Shown in pieces: positions 9,323 through 19,407 of a stretch of DNA of 64,000 nucleotides; position 1 is the stretch's first letter, and every line of letters starts with the position of its first letter. The stretch is from a virus: the IMG/VR virus record IMGVR_UViG_3300025133_000032, one strand, 5' to 3'. The position numbers were made by a program, and so were the translations under genes. The notes beneath the pieces were generated by a model. That model searched no databases. It saw only the letters and a list, made by a program, of their open reading frames with translations, and was not told the origin of the DNA.

Positions 9323-10021
9323 TCATCCTGTTTTTGAGATTCGAACTTCGAACTCTTTAACAGTCCCGCTGTGCAAACCAGAAATTTTCACGAACGTCCT
9401 AATTTGACTTTTATCTTGTAGTGTACCGAAAACATCAAATTGTGCATCAGTAATTGCTTTAAGTTCAAGTGTGAATGTTAATCTAGAACCGCCGAGTGCT
9501 GTCTGTGCAGCATCACGTGGTAATAAGTATTTAGCACGTTGGTTTGAGTTAATGTCATCAGGTGTATTTCCTGCAACTTGTAAGAATAAATTACTTACCT
9601 CAATCTCGAATGCTTGATCTCTCAGTTCAACGTCAATTGAACTTTCATTTAAAATAGTTTGTTCTACGACCTGTCTAGTCTGCCGCGTTGATGAGCGACC
9701 CATATCTATTAAAGAAGCGCCACCAACAAGCGACATCGAGGGAAATCTAATTAAGTTTGGATTCGAAACACTTACAAGTCTATGTTTTTGTGCTAGATTA
9801 CTATTCGTAATAGCTTCAAAGATCGGTGTATTTTTTTCGATCTTTTCTTTCCCTACGGTTCTACCGAACTCTTTGATTATCCCATAATCAATTTCGTCGT
9901 CGCCGAAAGCAAACTTCACAACAGAAAATGACCCGTCGTTACGTGACAAAAATTGCCGGCCTGTATCTGTTAAAACTGCATCTAACAGTATGTTATTTGT
10001 CGCATGATTTAAAAAACCCAT
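9323..10021 (-). CDS. Baseplate/tail structural protein with DUF3751-like N-terminal half
   Basis: LDAVLTDTGRQFLS...VVKFAFGDDEIDY; GGAG RBS. Confidence 0.65.
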   Translation of the reverse strand: MGFLNHATNNILLDAVLTDTGRQFLSRNDGSFSVVKFAFGDDEIDYGIIKEFGRTVGKEKIEKNTPIFEAITNSNLAQKHRLVSVSNPNLIRFPSMSLVGGASLIDMGRSSTRQTRQVVEQTILNESSIDVELRDQAFEIEVSNLFLQVAGNTPDDINSNQRAKYLLPRDAAQTALGGSRLTFTLELKAITDAQFDVFGTLQDKSQIRTFVKISGLHSGTVKEFEVRISKTG

Positions 10022-10096
10022 GTTGTTATCGTCTCCATTTTAAAAATCTTCTTTAATATATGTACTTTACATAAAATCTATTAGATTGATAAATAA

Positions 10097-11995
10097 TTAT
10101 ATCGTCCTACGAGTTCCTTGCCCAGAATTTGCGTTTATATCTGAGGGAGTTGTGTTTCGTCGGTCTTTCACAGTTATATCTACACTTGCTTGCTTCTGCA
10201 CGTCAGTATTTATAATCTGTAGTTTGTACTTTTCGTCAGCAGGACCTGTAGCGATTAAATCTAACCCATTCCCGTTCTTGTCGTTTACCTCAAGAAATTC
10301 AGGGTCAAAAACGACAGTAACCCTGGAGTGTCCAGAGCTCTTTATTGTGTCCATGAATAAGTCAGTTGATAGCATCATATTCGGATATGCTTTCGGGGCC
10401 CCAGATGATGACACAAGTTCTTTCGTCAATTTATTTGCGAATCTATCAAATTTAACATCAAACTGCATTGAGTAATTTGATGTTAAACCATGAGCATCAA
10501 CGGAACACAATGCGTAGATAGCGGATGAATCTTTTCCAAACCCAAGATCTGTATATAATGTTGAAGGTGACTTTAATACTTCAACACTGCTAGCAGCCGG
10601 CGTCTCTAAATTTCCAAACTTGATAGCTGCATCGTTAAAATCAAGCTCATGTATAAGCTGGAATGCAGATGCTATCGTATTTCTTTTAAATACTTGGAAC
10701 TTTTTTATATCTCTCTGTGTGTTAGTTGGAAATGACCACATTAGTGTAGGCGCTCTCTGTTTGTAGTCCCATGTAATACAAAAATCGACAGGTGGTGGCG
10801 GAGGAACGTTTTCAACACAAGAAACCGTAATTCGTTTACTTCTTCTTGATGCAATTAGCCCAACTGCGTTAACGACCTCAGTAGAATCATCATTTGTCGC
10901 CCTGACTGTGACTTCTGCAATGGTTCTTATAGTATAGACATAGACTTTCCCGTATGCAACTTTAGAATCTACAGCGACGGTTGATGTATGCCCGTTAAGT
11001 ATAATCGATTCTCTTTTAACTGGCGTCAACCCATTTTGCAGTTCATACTTTTCTATGACATACCCTAGAATTCTGCTGCCTGTAATGATGTCAGTTGCAT
11101 CAACTGGTTGAACTCTTATTGCTTCGAATAATGAATCAAATTCGTCTTTGTTTATCACATTTGGTGTTGCCACTGATAGTGCATGTTGTTGTCTAGATAC
11201 GGCATCAGAAAGAATCTGCGAAAACTCATCGCTGAAGTTGCTCATATTGTCATTTACTACAGAACTAACGACAGTACCGACTATTTTATTGTTGAACTGT
11301 GCTTTGATCGTTACATCTTTAACTGCTTCGAAAGTATCATTTATCAGCTCCGTTGTTTTCTCGTCATCGATAAAAGACAACTTTAAGATTTGTATTTTGT
11401 CCAATGCTGCAGAAACCAAATTATCTGATACTTGGCCTGACGTCTGCTCTGCTAATGCTTTAGCTGCATCTAACAATGAGTGCTCATCAGTTAAACCATC
11501 TATTATTGTTGTTGTTTGGTCTTCTATTTGTGCAAGCTTAAGTCTATTATGAGATGTTACTCTTTTTGCTATTGAGCCAGATACAATCGTTTTAAACTTT
11601 CTATCAGAGTTATCATCTTGAAATGACATCCCTAGAAATGAGTTATTCGAGAATGATTCCTCAGTTTGAATTGATTGGATATTATCTTCTATGTCTGTTG
11701 CAAACCCAGCACCCGCGTGCTCTTGTGTAGTAACGAATTCATTTTGGCGAGTAGCGAATGGCTGGACTGGGCAAAAACTAAACCTCACGAACCTTGGATT
11801 CGATTTTGCGATCAAATCTATTCTCTTGTCATTCAGTACTTGACCAGGAACTTCCAGCAGTCTTGCAGGGACAGTACCCCCATCATTAGTCATCTCATCC
11901 CTAGTAAAGAAATTATACTGAAATTTTGCCCTGAATGCAGTAACTTCAGGCACGTCTGCTAATGTTACTCTTGATGATGGAAATGAAACCGTCAT
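10097..11995 (-). CDS. Putative structural protein with Fn3/Ig-like C-terminal modules
   Basis: GYVIEK...YVYTIRT and PPPPVDF...TLMWSFP...FQVFKR Fn3-like patterns; translationally coupled in the operon. Confidence 0.55.
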   Translation of the reverse strand: MTVSFPSSRVTLADVPEVTAFRAKFQYNFFTRDEMTNDGGTVPARLLEVPGQVLNDKRIDLIAKSNPRFVRFSFCPVQPFATRQNEFVTTQEHAGAGFATDIEDNIQSIQTEESFSNNSFLGMSFQDDNSDRKFKTIVSGSIAKRVTSHNRLKLAQIEDQTTTIIDGLTDEHSLLDAAKALAEQTSGQVSDNLVSAALDKIQILKLSFIDDEKTTELINDTFEAVKDVTIKAQFNNKIVGTVVSSVVNDNMSNFSDEFSQILSDAVSRQQHALSVATPNVINKDEFDSLFEAIRVQPVDATDIITGSRILGYVIEKYELQNGLTPVKRESIILNGHTSTVAVDSKVAYGKVYVYTIRTIAEVTVRATNDDSTEVVNAVGLIASRRSKRITVSCVENVPPPPPVDFCITWDYKQRAPTLMWSFPTNTQRDIKKFQVFKRNTIASAFQLIHELDFNDAAIKFGNLETPAASSVEVLKSPSTLYTDLGFGKDSSAIYALCSVDAHGLTSNYSMQFDVKFDRFANKLTKELVSSSGAPKAYPNMMLSTDLFMDTIKSSGHSRVTVVFDPEFLEVNDKNGNGLDLIATGPADEKYKLQIINTDVQKQASVDITVKDRRNTTPSDINANSGQGTRRTI

Positions 11996-14900
11996 AATAC
12001 CTCTACCAAACCTGCATCAGGTTTTGTTAAGCGTGTAATCTCTGATTTTGTAGCCATGGCGGTGCGAGTGCTGGAAGCTAAACCCTTCGCGGCGCCGTGG
12101 CTAACAGTTCTTGTAGTAGGCGTTTCTCTTGGCCCCGAATTTCCAAATGAAATCTCTGTAGCTTGAGCCGGAACTGGTGATGCAACCTGATCAGCAGCAG
12201 GCATATGCTCTATTGAAACAAAAAACTGCTGGATGCCCACAGCTCCCTTTGGACGTAATACATCATAGTTTACTTTAAATGTATCAATGGTCGTTTGCCC
12301 AGTGGTCGTGGATACTTTAGTTAACCCACTGACTATAGTATTCGAATCTAAAAATGTTCTGCCAGAAGTTGTGCTTCTCGTTTTCTCAATGTCTATTTCG
12401 AAATCGTTAGCATCGAGAGCTAGCATAAAGATTCTTTCAAACAGTTTTGGTGATAAAACCTTTTGCCGCCTAGCTCCGGCACCGAATAATACTGATTTAG
12501 AAGAAAAAACATTTAAAAATGTTACAAGATCTTGTGATATCTCTATATTAGCGGAATGAGGTTCTGCCGGAAATGAATTTGCAATCTTCTCGATGATACC
12601 AGGAAGTGATTCATCATTATCAAGTTTCGTTAAAAACCTGTCGATTGTATCACTACTGGCCCTGATCTCATCAAAGGTTAATTTTCTATTTAAGAACTGG
12701 GAGACGTGTAAGGCCAGTAACTTATTAAATTCCTCGTGTGTAGTACTGTCGACACGCATAGAAGCAACTTCATCATTTAGGAAAAAGTTGTTTTCTCGCA
12801 TGTCGACGCCGGTCAAGATTTTAATATACGTTCGCAATATATAACTCTTCGTATGATTAGTTATTAACTCTAATTTCTGTGTATCAGACAAAAATTCATA
12901 CTCTGGCGAATTTAACGCAGCAATACCAACTCCAGATTCTAGTAAAGGTGAGCCAGATAATGCTACTTTATGCTTTATTTTTGTTGTAATATTATTAAAA
13001 GCCATTACTTCTTGGACATTATTTTTAAAAGAATCAGCGCTTACGAACCTTCCCATCTCGAAAATATACTCTTTCGGCTTAAAGATAACATCATCGAACA
13101 TCGCGTCTTGCATGTATACATTCATTTTGATGATGCCGCTTAAAGAGCCCTTTATTTTTGTCGCACTTCTATCAGCAAAAAAGAAATCAAGTTTTCTTTT
13201 TAGAGCGTCATTAAATCCAGCTGGTATACCAACAGCTAGCACCTTCATACTTGTTTCAGCTGAGCCTAAAAATTCTGGTTGCTTCGCCAAAGAAAAAACT
13301 GAATTCCTTACATCTGGTGATGTCGCAGTATCATCTATAAAGGGCGAAACATCACTAGATAGAGCCCCAGCGTTCGTTTGGTCCGATGCTGCTGTTGAGC
13401 GTGCTATAATATGATCATCCAGCTCAACTCTTGCTAGTGAAACTTGGGCTGCATCGAGCGCACTAAGCTTTTCATTCGAGTCAATTGATAATGCTATTGA
13501 CTCGAGTAAAGTAGCGTTTGAACCTTTTGGATCAAAAAAACTCTTTGCTTCTGCAGCTGATGCAACAACCATATTCATGATTGATAATAAAGCGTCAACA
13601 ATATCTCTTACTAGTAAGTCTTCGTTTGATGCTTTTTGTCGTATGTTGTTTAAATCTCCTAACTGAGCGCCAATACGAAATCTCATATCTCTATCAAGCC
13701 GTAGATCTATTCCAGCACTTAAACGTGAACCTGAATCTAGAAATTGGAAGAGTGAGTGTTCCATCACTGTAAATGCATCATCATCTATGTCTATTTCTAT
13801 TCCTGGGCTACTGACTTTAAGTGCGTCACTAAATGATGTACTTGTATCTAAAGATCTCAAAGACTTAACACCAGTTATCATGATTGGTGCAAACTTAGTA
13901 TATGTAGTAATAAAGATATCTAAAACAACCATCACCATCTGATGGACACCAATATTGTTAAACTTAGTCAACCCTTTATGTGTATTAGAAAAATATGCAT
14001 CGCTATTGTCAGTGCTTTGTGTTGCTGTGATGGCCGATCTGCAAATATTATCAAGCGAGTTTAACATGCTAAACATTGACAGAAATAGGTTGTCTTGTGA
14101 CGTCCCGGCACCTAAACCAGTTAAGTGGTTAAACGCGAAGTTTCCGAGGTATGAGCTTTTTGATGGGTCGACTGTGTCTTTCCGAAATCTAAAATACACT
14201 CTTTCCATGATCATCTCAGAGATAAGTATGATGTCAGATGTATTACCGGCTCTGTCGATTAAGCCTTGTACTGGGTTAACGAATGGTTCTAAAAATGCAG
14301 CTTTTATTGCGCTTGCAACTACAGCGCGTGTCAAACCAGCCGACTGCATAGTTTCGAAAAATTTATTTTCTACACCAAATTTATCAGACTTTTCATACCC
14401 GAATATCAACATATATAAGTAGAGATAATACCGCATCGTCTGATCTGAGCTTGCTGATATTAGTAACGCGGGTATGAATGTATCCCTTGTTGAATCCTTG
14501 TCAGATATAGATTTTGCAGAATCGTGTATTGATCGAAAAGCACGGTCCATTAGATCATCTACATTCAAGCCCAGTCTATCATTATTAACAGCATTAACAT
14601 CAAGTGTACCTTCGACGATTGCTGCAAGGCCAGTAACACCAGAATTTAATGCTGTAGCATACTCATTAAGTTGCGTAGAATCAAAAATGTTATTCCCTCT
14701 GACTATTGAGTCAACATAGAAATCGCCTCCAGGGATGTATTCTTGAAACGCGTTTGTTGAAATCGCAGATTGTTCAAAGGGTAATACGACGCCATCAGCC
14801 GTCACTAAACGAAGCAAGCTACTAATTGAGTTTTCTGGTGGCGGAATTGATGACAAAACTTCATTACCGATGTTACCCAACATTTTTTCGAAAATGCTTC

Positions 14901-16011
14901 CGTCAATATTAGTCTCAGAAAAAACCGACGTTGCGATTGTCTTTATATTTTTTAAACTTAACCCTGTAGAAACCCTCAATTCTTTTGACAATAAACTAAA
15001 TAGTATCTTTAGTCTGTCATCATGGTTTGTCACTTGTGATAAAGAAGACATGTATGATGTCAGTGCATTGCTTGTAGCGCCAGATTGAACATCCGCTTGT
15101 GAACTAAGTGATAGGTTTGCAATATCAAACTCTATGGCAGAACCGATCGTTTGATCATCTATTCTTGACAACCTGGTGGGATCTAGGTCATTTTCCCTGT
15201 CTGCGTTAGGCAAATCAAAAATTTGAGGCGAGAATGATGTTAATATCGCTCTCAAATCGTCTATCAACTGCCCTATAATCTTTGTATTCGTAAATTTCGC
15301 AAACCCTTGAGACGAAAACTTTAAATCATCAACCATTAGTTCGCTAAGCGTCTTTGTGGGACGTACGTTCCTAGATATACTGGCTTTATTTCTACCCTGT
15401 ATGTCTCGCCTCGCCTGTATTTCAGCCTTAATTTTATTACTATTCAACTTAACATTAAATGAAGTTTTTGAAGCATTTAACACTCTAACCAGACTATCAA
15501 GGAACTGGATTTCTTTATTTGCCGCCTCTTCATGCTGCGAAATCTCTTCTTCTATTCGAGAAATTATGCTGCTTGTCTCTGGGTTCGTTTTTAACTCGTT
15601 GACAAGCCTCATTACATTCTCAGCCTGTAAACGTCTTGCTGCTATTTGAAAATCGAGCATTTTTCCGACGGGCCCAGGGATGTTGTTATCATCTTCGTAA
15701 ACAGGCTCGAATTGAAATGCTGCAAGGATTTCGGGTCTAAAGCTGTTAAAGCCCTTATTCATTACTGCGTTATAATTGCTTGAATCAGATGATAACTTTA
15801 CACTTTCAAGTGATTCATTTGGTATGGTGTTTGACTCTGCTGGTGGCCGAGAAAATGTTGATACACTTGCCACAGTACTTTTAACTGCGTCTGTTAGGCC
15901 ATTTACAGTTAAGTTGCTTGTCGTTCTACCTTCTCTGGGTTGTGCAGCAACATTTCCAGTTCGTGCATTCCCTGATGTTGATGTATTCCCAGTTCTTGCG
16001 CCAATAGTCAT
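11992..16011 (-). CDS. Large (1339 aa) hypothetical protein, probably virion-associated
   Basis: Long ORF with stop/start overlaps on both sides, low-complexity termini and no recognised motif. Confidence 0.55.
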   Translation of the reverse strand: MTIGARTGNTSTSGNARTGNVAAQPREGRTTSNLTVNGLTDAVKSTVASVSTFSRPPAESNTIPNESLESVKLSSDSSNYNAVMNKGFNSFRPEILAAFQFEPVYEDDNNIPGPVGKMLDFQIAARRLQAENVMRLVNELKTNPETSSIISRIEEEISQHEEAANKEIQFLDSLVRVLNASKTSFNVKLNSNKIKAEIQARRDIQGRNKASISRNVRPTKTLSELMVDDLKFSSQGFAKFTNTKIIGQLIDDLRAILTSFSPQIFDLPNADRENDLDPTRLSRIDDQTIGSAIEFDIANLSLSSQADVQSGATSNALTSYMSSLSQVTNHDDRLKILFSLLSKELRVSTGLSLKNIKTIATSVFSETNIDGSIFEKMLGNIGNEVLSSIPPPENSISSLLRLVTADGVVLPFEQSAISTNAFQEYIPGGDFYVDSIVRGNNIFDSTQLNEYATALNSGVTGLAAIVEGTLDVNAVNNDRLGLNVDDLMDRAFRSIHDSAKSISDKDSTRDTFIPALLISASSDQTMRYYLYLYMLIFGYEKSDKFGVENKFFETMQSAGLTRAVVASAIKAAFLEPFVNPVQGLIDRAGNTSDIILISEMIMERVYFRFRKDTVDPSKSSYLGNFAFNHLTGLGAGTSQDNLFLSMFSMLNSLDNICRSAITATQSTDNSDAYFSNTHKGLTKFNNIGVHQMVMVVLDIFITTYTKFAPIMITGVKSLRSLDTSTSFSDALKVSSPGIEIDIDDDAFTVMEHSLFQFLDSGSRLSAGIDLRLDRDMRFRIGAQLGDLNNIRQKASNEDLLVRDIVDALLSIMNMVVASAAEAKSFFDPKGSNATLLESIALSIDSNEKLSALDAAQVSLARVELDDHIIARSTAASDQTNAGALSSDVSPFIDDTATSPDVRNSVFSLAKQPEFLGSAETSMKVLAVGIPAGFNDALKRKLDFFFADRSATKIKGSLSGIIKMNVYMQDAMFDDVIFKPKEYIFEMGRFVSADSFKNNVQEVMAFNNITTKIKHKVALSGSPLLESGVGIAALNSPEYEFLSDTQKLELITNHTKSYILRTYIKILTGVDMRENNFFLNDEVASMRVDSTTHEEFNKLLALHVSQFLNRKLTFDEIRASSDTIDRFLTKLDNDESLPGIIEKIANSFPAEPHSANIEISQDLVTFLNVFSSKSVLFGAGARRQKVLSPKLFERIFMLALDANDFEIDIEKTRSTTSGRTFLDSNTIVSGLTKVSTTTGQTTIDTFKVNYDVLRPKGAVGIQQFFVSIEHMPAADQVASPVPAQATEISFGNSGPRETPTTRTVSHGAAKGLASSTRTAMATKSEITRLTKPDAGLVEVL

Positions 16012-18476
16012 TAAATCCTTCCATCTTTAATTATTACCGTAGCGCTGTTTGATGACAACCCTCTTTTATAATCATTTAAAACAGGTATAACTCTATAACT
16101 TATTTCGCCGATATCATCTGACTCTAATGTGTCATAAAACTCGAACGTGTTGTTCGATGTTACATGATGAACTTTTCCAGAAATAGCACTCATACCAAGA
16201 TTGTCTTTTATTATAATGTAGTGTTCAACAAATGTAACATCACCATCAATTACCCATCTTACATTAACTGTATCGGTACTAACTCTTGTAGCACTGATTT
16301 TTTTGATAGAGGGCAATGATATGCTTAGAGGAACATTAATGACTAATGGGTTGCCTATTCTACCCATAGCAAAATCATCCTGTGGATGGTTTGAAGCATG
16401 TGACTGTCTGTCAATTAACGTACCTGTCTTTAAAGTAAATGGGTGCAAAAACTTCGCGGGCTTAAATGTATATGATTTCCCCGTAGAAACATCATCAGCT
16501 GACTTAACATAATCGTCGAATGTAGTCTCTGCATCTCGTAATAATGTTGTAATAATGTAACGATAATTGTTACCTACTTTTAGAGGTTTAATTGAGGTAC
16601 TTACGCTTGCAGCACTGTCGATAAAAATTTCGTCTGTAATAGTACCAAAATCTTCTTTTTCGCCAGTAGTCAAATTTAATCTAACAATATTATGTGCGAT
16701 TAGTCTCTGCAGCTTATTTCGCTCAAGCTTTAACTCTTCGCTAAATAAGCTCGCAAGCCCTTGCTTTTCTAGTGTTTTTTTCACTGCATCTAAATCGGTG
16801 GCTTCTATTTTTGACGCAACATTAAAAGAAACATCTGTTCTCGAACTATTCTTTATAACTTGTAAATTACTAATTTTTGCTGTAACAACACCCACTGAAT
16901 GCTTTATGAACTCATGTAAAACATTCGCGCTTGAGTCTAAAACGGAACCATCATTGTAATAAAGCCTACATATATACTCATATACATGACTATCTTTTAC
17001 ATCTGAGTCAATAAATAGCGTGTTTTGCAGCCCATCATTAATTAAGATGACCCTAGTGTCTGTCTTAATGAATTGAAATTCTTTTTGAAATACTGTTTTA
17101 TCTCTCTTTAAAATGGCGACGGCTATTGGCCCAGGCGAAACATTTTCAACCAATACTTCAACACCTGAAGGTGAATTTATTGCTGAGAGTGATGCGAAGG
17201 CTTGTCTGTGCGACGCATCGCCACCTATACCTTTTTGTGCAATAGCAACGGCATTTGCAAACTCAGCACCTTGTGCATTTCCTGGACCAATAGAGATGCA
17301 CCTGTATAAGTTGATGTGTGAATTATTCGTAACGTCAGTAAACTTGACTATGCCTTCCGCTTGCGTTAACTTGAGTTCAGCGATGAACTGATAGACAGAT
17401 GATAACATATCTGGGTCTGATTTTTTTATTGAACGTCTATAAACGCCAACCTTCATGGCGATGGGATCATTCTGCTGAACTTCTAGAACATTCCTACCAG
17501 ATATTTGAGTTGGTGATATATTAATGCTTGGAGGTAGTCTAGGTGTATTAAATACTTTTGATAGAAAGCTGTGGTTTACTCTTCTTGCTTGTGACTCTAG
17601 TACTTCACCGGTGCTAGTTATAAGCTCAAAAATGACATAGAAATCTTCTAAGCCGACATCGACCTCAGGCACTAGAACAAGCTCAGAATTTCTTACGTCA
17701 ATTTGTTTTTTATTAGAAACTACTGGAACTGGTGTATTTGCTGCAAGATCACCTAATGTTATTGTTTTCTTAACATTACTTAATAATGTATCTATAAGAA
17801 ATCTTCGGCGTGAATCTTGCGCATTTACCGTGGGCGTTTCAACTTGTTCTTGTGCAATAGGAGCGACGCCACGAAATGCTTTTTCTGTCCCTACAGATGG
17901 TCTATACCTTGCAGCTACTGTAGATGGATCAACACCATCATTGAATATCATATCAACTGCCGCTACTTGATGACCTTGTCGTGATGATGTTTCTTGTGAC
18001 CGGGCTACTGAGTTTTGTATGACTGGTACATTCAAGTTTGAAGCCCTTATCTCCGTGACAGTTTTTAAGTCGACAACTTTACGAGCAGGCATTATGCTGC
18101 TTGCTGGCAAAGAGCTTAATTTTATGCTAGAGATGAGATCATTGTTTAGCTTCGACGTGATATCAGAGTTTTTTCTTACCAGTATACTTGACTCATCATC
18201 TCTTTTTGCCGACTTTTTCTTTGGTTCATAATGTAGTATATCTTCAATAAGTTCATAATTCGATTTACCAGCACTCTTGAAGATGTTATCTTCTTGCAGG
18301 GGTAAACTTTTTCTAACAGACAACCTAACTATATTTGCGCCTTTTCTAAGTGCATCGATCGTTGAAGATCTATATTCAAACTTGTAATAAAATATTCCGC
18401 CCTCTATCTTTAAAAGTTGTGCGAAATTATTATCGACCTTAAGTAATTCGGATGTTTTTTTGCTTGCGATTTTCAT
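16011..18476 (-). CDS. Putative structural protein with tandem Fn3/Ig-like domains
   Basis: Repeated FxD....YxYxx patterns (LYRCIS, YEYICR, YRYIIT, SYRVIP); AGGTGA RBS. Confidence 0.55.
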   Translation of the reverse strand: MKIASKKTSELLKVDNNFAQLLKIEGGIFYYKFEYRSSTIDALRKGANIVRLSVRKSLPLQEDNIFKSAGKSNYELIEDILHYEPKKKSAKRDDESSILVRKNSDITSKLNNDLISSIKLSSLPASSIMPARKVVDLKTVTEIRASNLNVPVIQNSVARSQETSSRQGHQVAAVDMIFNDGVDPSTVAARYRPSVGTEKAFRGVAPIAQEQVETPTVNAQDSRRRFLIDTLLSNVKKTITLGDLAANTPVPVVSNKKQIDVRNSELVLVPEVDVGLEDFYVIFELITSTGEVLESQARRVNHSFLSKVFNTPRLPPSINISPTQISGRNVLEVQQNDPIAMKVGVYRRSIKKSDPDMLSSVYQFIAELKLTQAEGIVKFTDVTNNSHINLYRCISIGPGNAQGAEFANAVAIAQKGIGGDASHRQAFASLSAINSPSGVEVLVENVSPGPIAVAILKRDKTVFQKEFQFIKTDTRVILINDGLQNTLFIDSDVKDSHVYEYICRLYYNDGSVLDSSANVLHEFIKHSVGVVTAKISNLQVIKNSSRTDVSFNVASKIEATDLDAVKKTLEKQGLASLFSEELKLERNKLQRLIAHNIVRLNLTTGEKEDFGTITDEIFIDSAASVSTSIKPLKVGNNYRYIITTLLRDAETTFDDYVKSADDVSTGKSYTFKPAKFLHPFTLKTGTLIDRQSHASNHPQDDFAMGRIGNPLVINVPLSISLPSIKKISATRVSTDTVNVRWVIDGDVTFVEHYIIIKDNLGMSAISGKVHHVTSNNTFEFYDTLESDDIGEISYRVIPVLNDYKRGLSSNSATVIIKDGRI

Positions 18477-18488
18477 ATATCACCTGTA

Positions 18489-19406
18489 TTACTCAAAAAT
18501 AAGTGTAAATATATTCACGAATGTATGAGCGCCGAAGCTATCAATAAATAGCTTCCCTATGAAATATATTCTCTTATTTGGGAAATCTTGATCTCCAGTT
18601 GAAATTTCGCCAAAATCAATAGCGTCTAACTTCAAAAGTCGATCTTGCTTAAATTCAAAAAATTGACACATTACGTTCGCTTGTAGTGTATTTTGTGAAA
18701 ACTCTATAACACGCTTTTCTTTGTTGGCCAATTCACCCATGAGCTGTGTATATGACAACTCACTCTTTTGCTGGCCAAGCAAAGGATAATCACCAAGTGA
18801 TGTGCCGTCGGTGTTTACTGGCGGTAGATATTTGAAGTTCGGAAGGTGAGACAGCCTCTTATCCTGAAACAATGTTTCAACATCATCTATATTTGCTGTC
18901 GTCATTTGTCCGGGGTTAATAGGTGCAGCATCAGAAATACTAAATTCTACTTCGTTTGTATTCACAGCGAATTCGTTTTCTGCATCAAAGAAATTATCTT
19001 CTGTTCTAATTAGTTGCAATTTTTGAAAATTGTTGACTGTTGTATCAGCAAGTACCTCTGCCAAGCTTGAAAATGCGGATCCAGTAACAACTCCAAGAAA
19101 TGATGTAGATGAACCTGATAAAATCTTGCCATCGAGAACATCAATATTTGAACCTCTTAAAGGTTTAAGCTTTCCAGAATCATCTGACTCAAATGTTATT
19201 CTATCTTGGGGCAGCGAACCAACCTCAAGGAATAATCTATCAGATGCGTCTGTTGACCCGCTGATTATGTCACTTTCATAAAATGTGTTACAATCTGTAA
19301 ACGAGACGAATTTTATTCTTAATTCGCCGGCAGCTATTTGTCTCTTGCCCTCGTCTGTAACGACGGTATCAAGCATTCTTGTTTTGCTGTCTAAAATACC
19401 TGACAT
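18489..19406 (-). CDS. Structural protein, N-terminal paralog of 9323-10021 (likely start MSGILD at 19406)
   Basis: LDTVVTDEGKRQIA...IKFVSFTD aligns with LDAVLTDTGRQFLS...VKFAFGD. Confidence 0.6.
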   Translation of the reverse strand: MSGILDSKTRMLDTVVTDEGKRQIAAGELRIKFVSFTDCNTFYESDIISGSTDASDRLFLEVGSLPQDRITFESDDSGKLKPLRGSNIDVLDGKILSGSSTSFLGVVTGSAFSSLAEVLADTTVNNFQKLQLIRTEDNFFDAENEFAVNTNEVEFSISDAAPINPGQMTTANIDDVETLFQDKRLSHLPNFKYLPPVNTDGTSLGDYPLLGQQKSELSYTQLMGELANKEKRVIEFSQNTLQANVMCQFFEFKQDRLLKLDAIDFGEISTGDQDFPNKRIYFIGKLFIDSFGAHTFVNIFTLIFE

Positions 19407-19407
19407 G

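Noticed and set aside
11992-16011. Tape measure protein
   Set aside because: No TMP periodicity, Ala/Gly-rich membrane segments or adjacent tail chaperones are visible.
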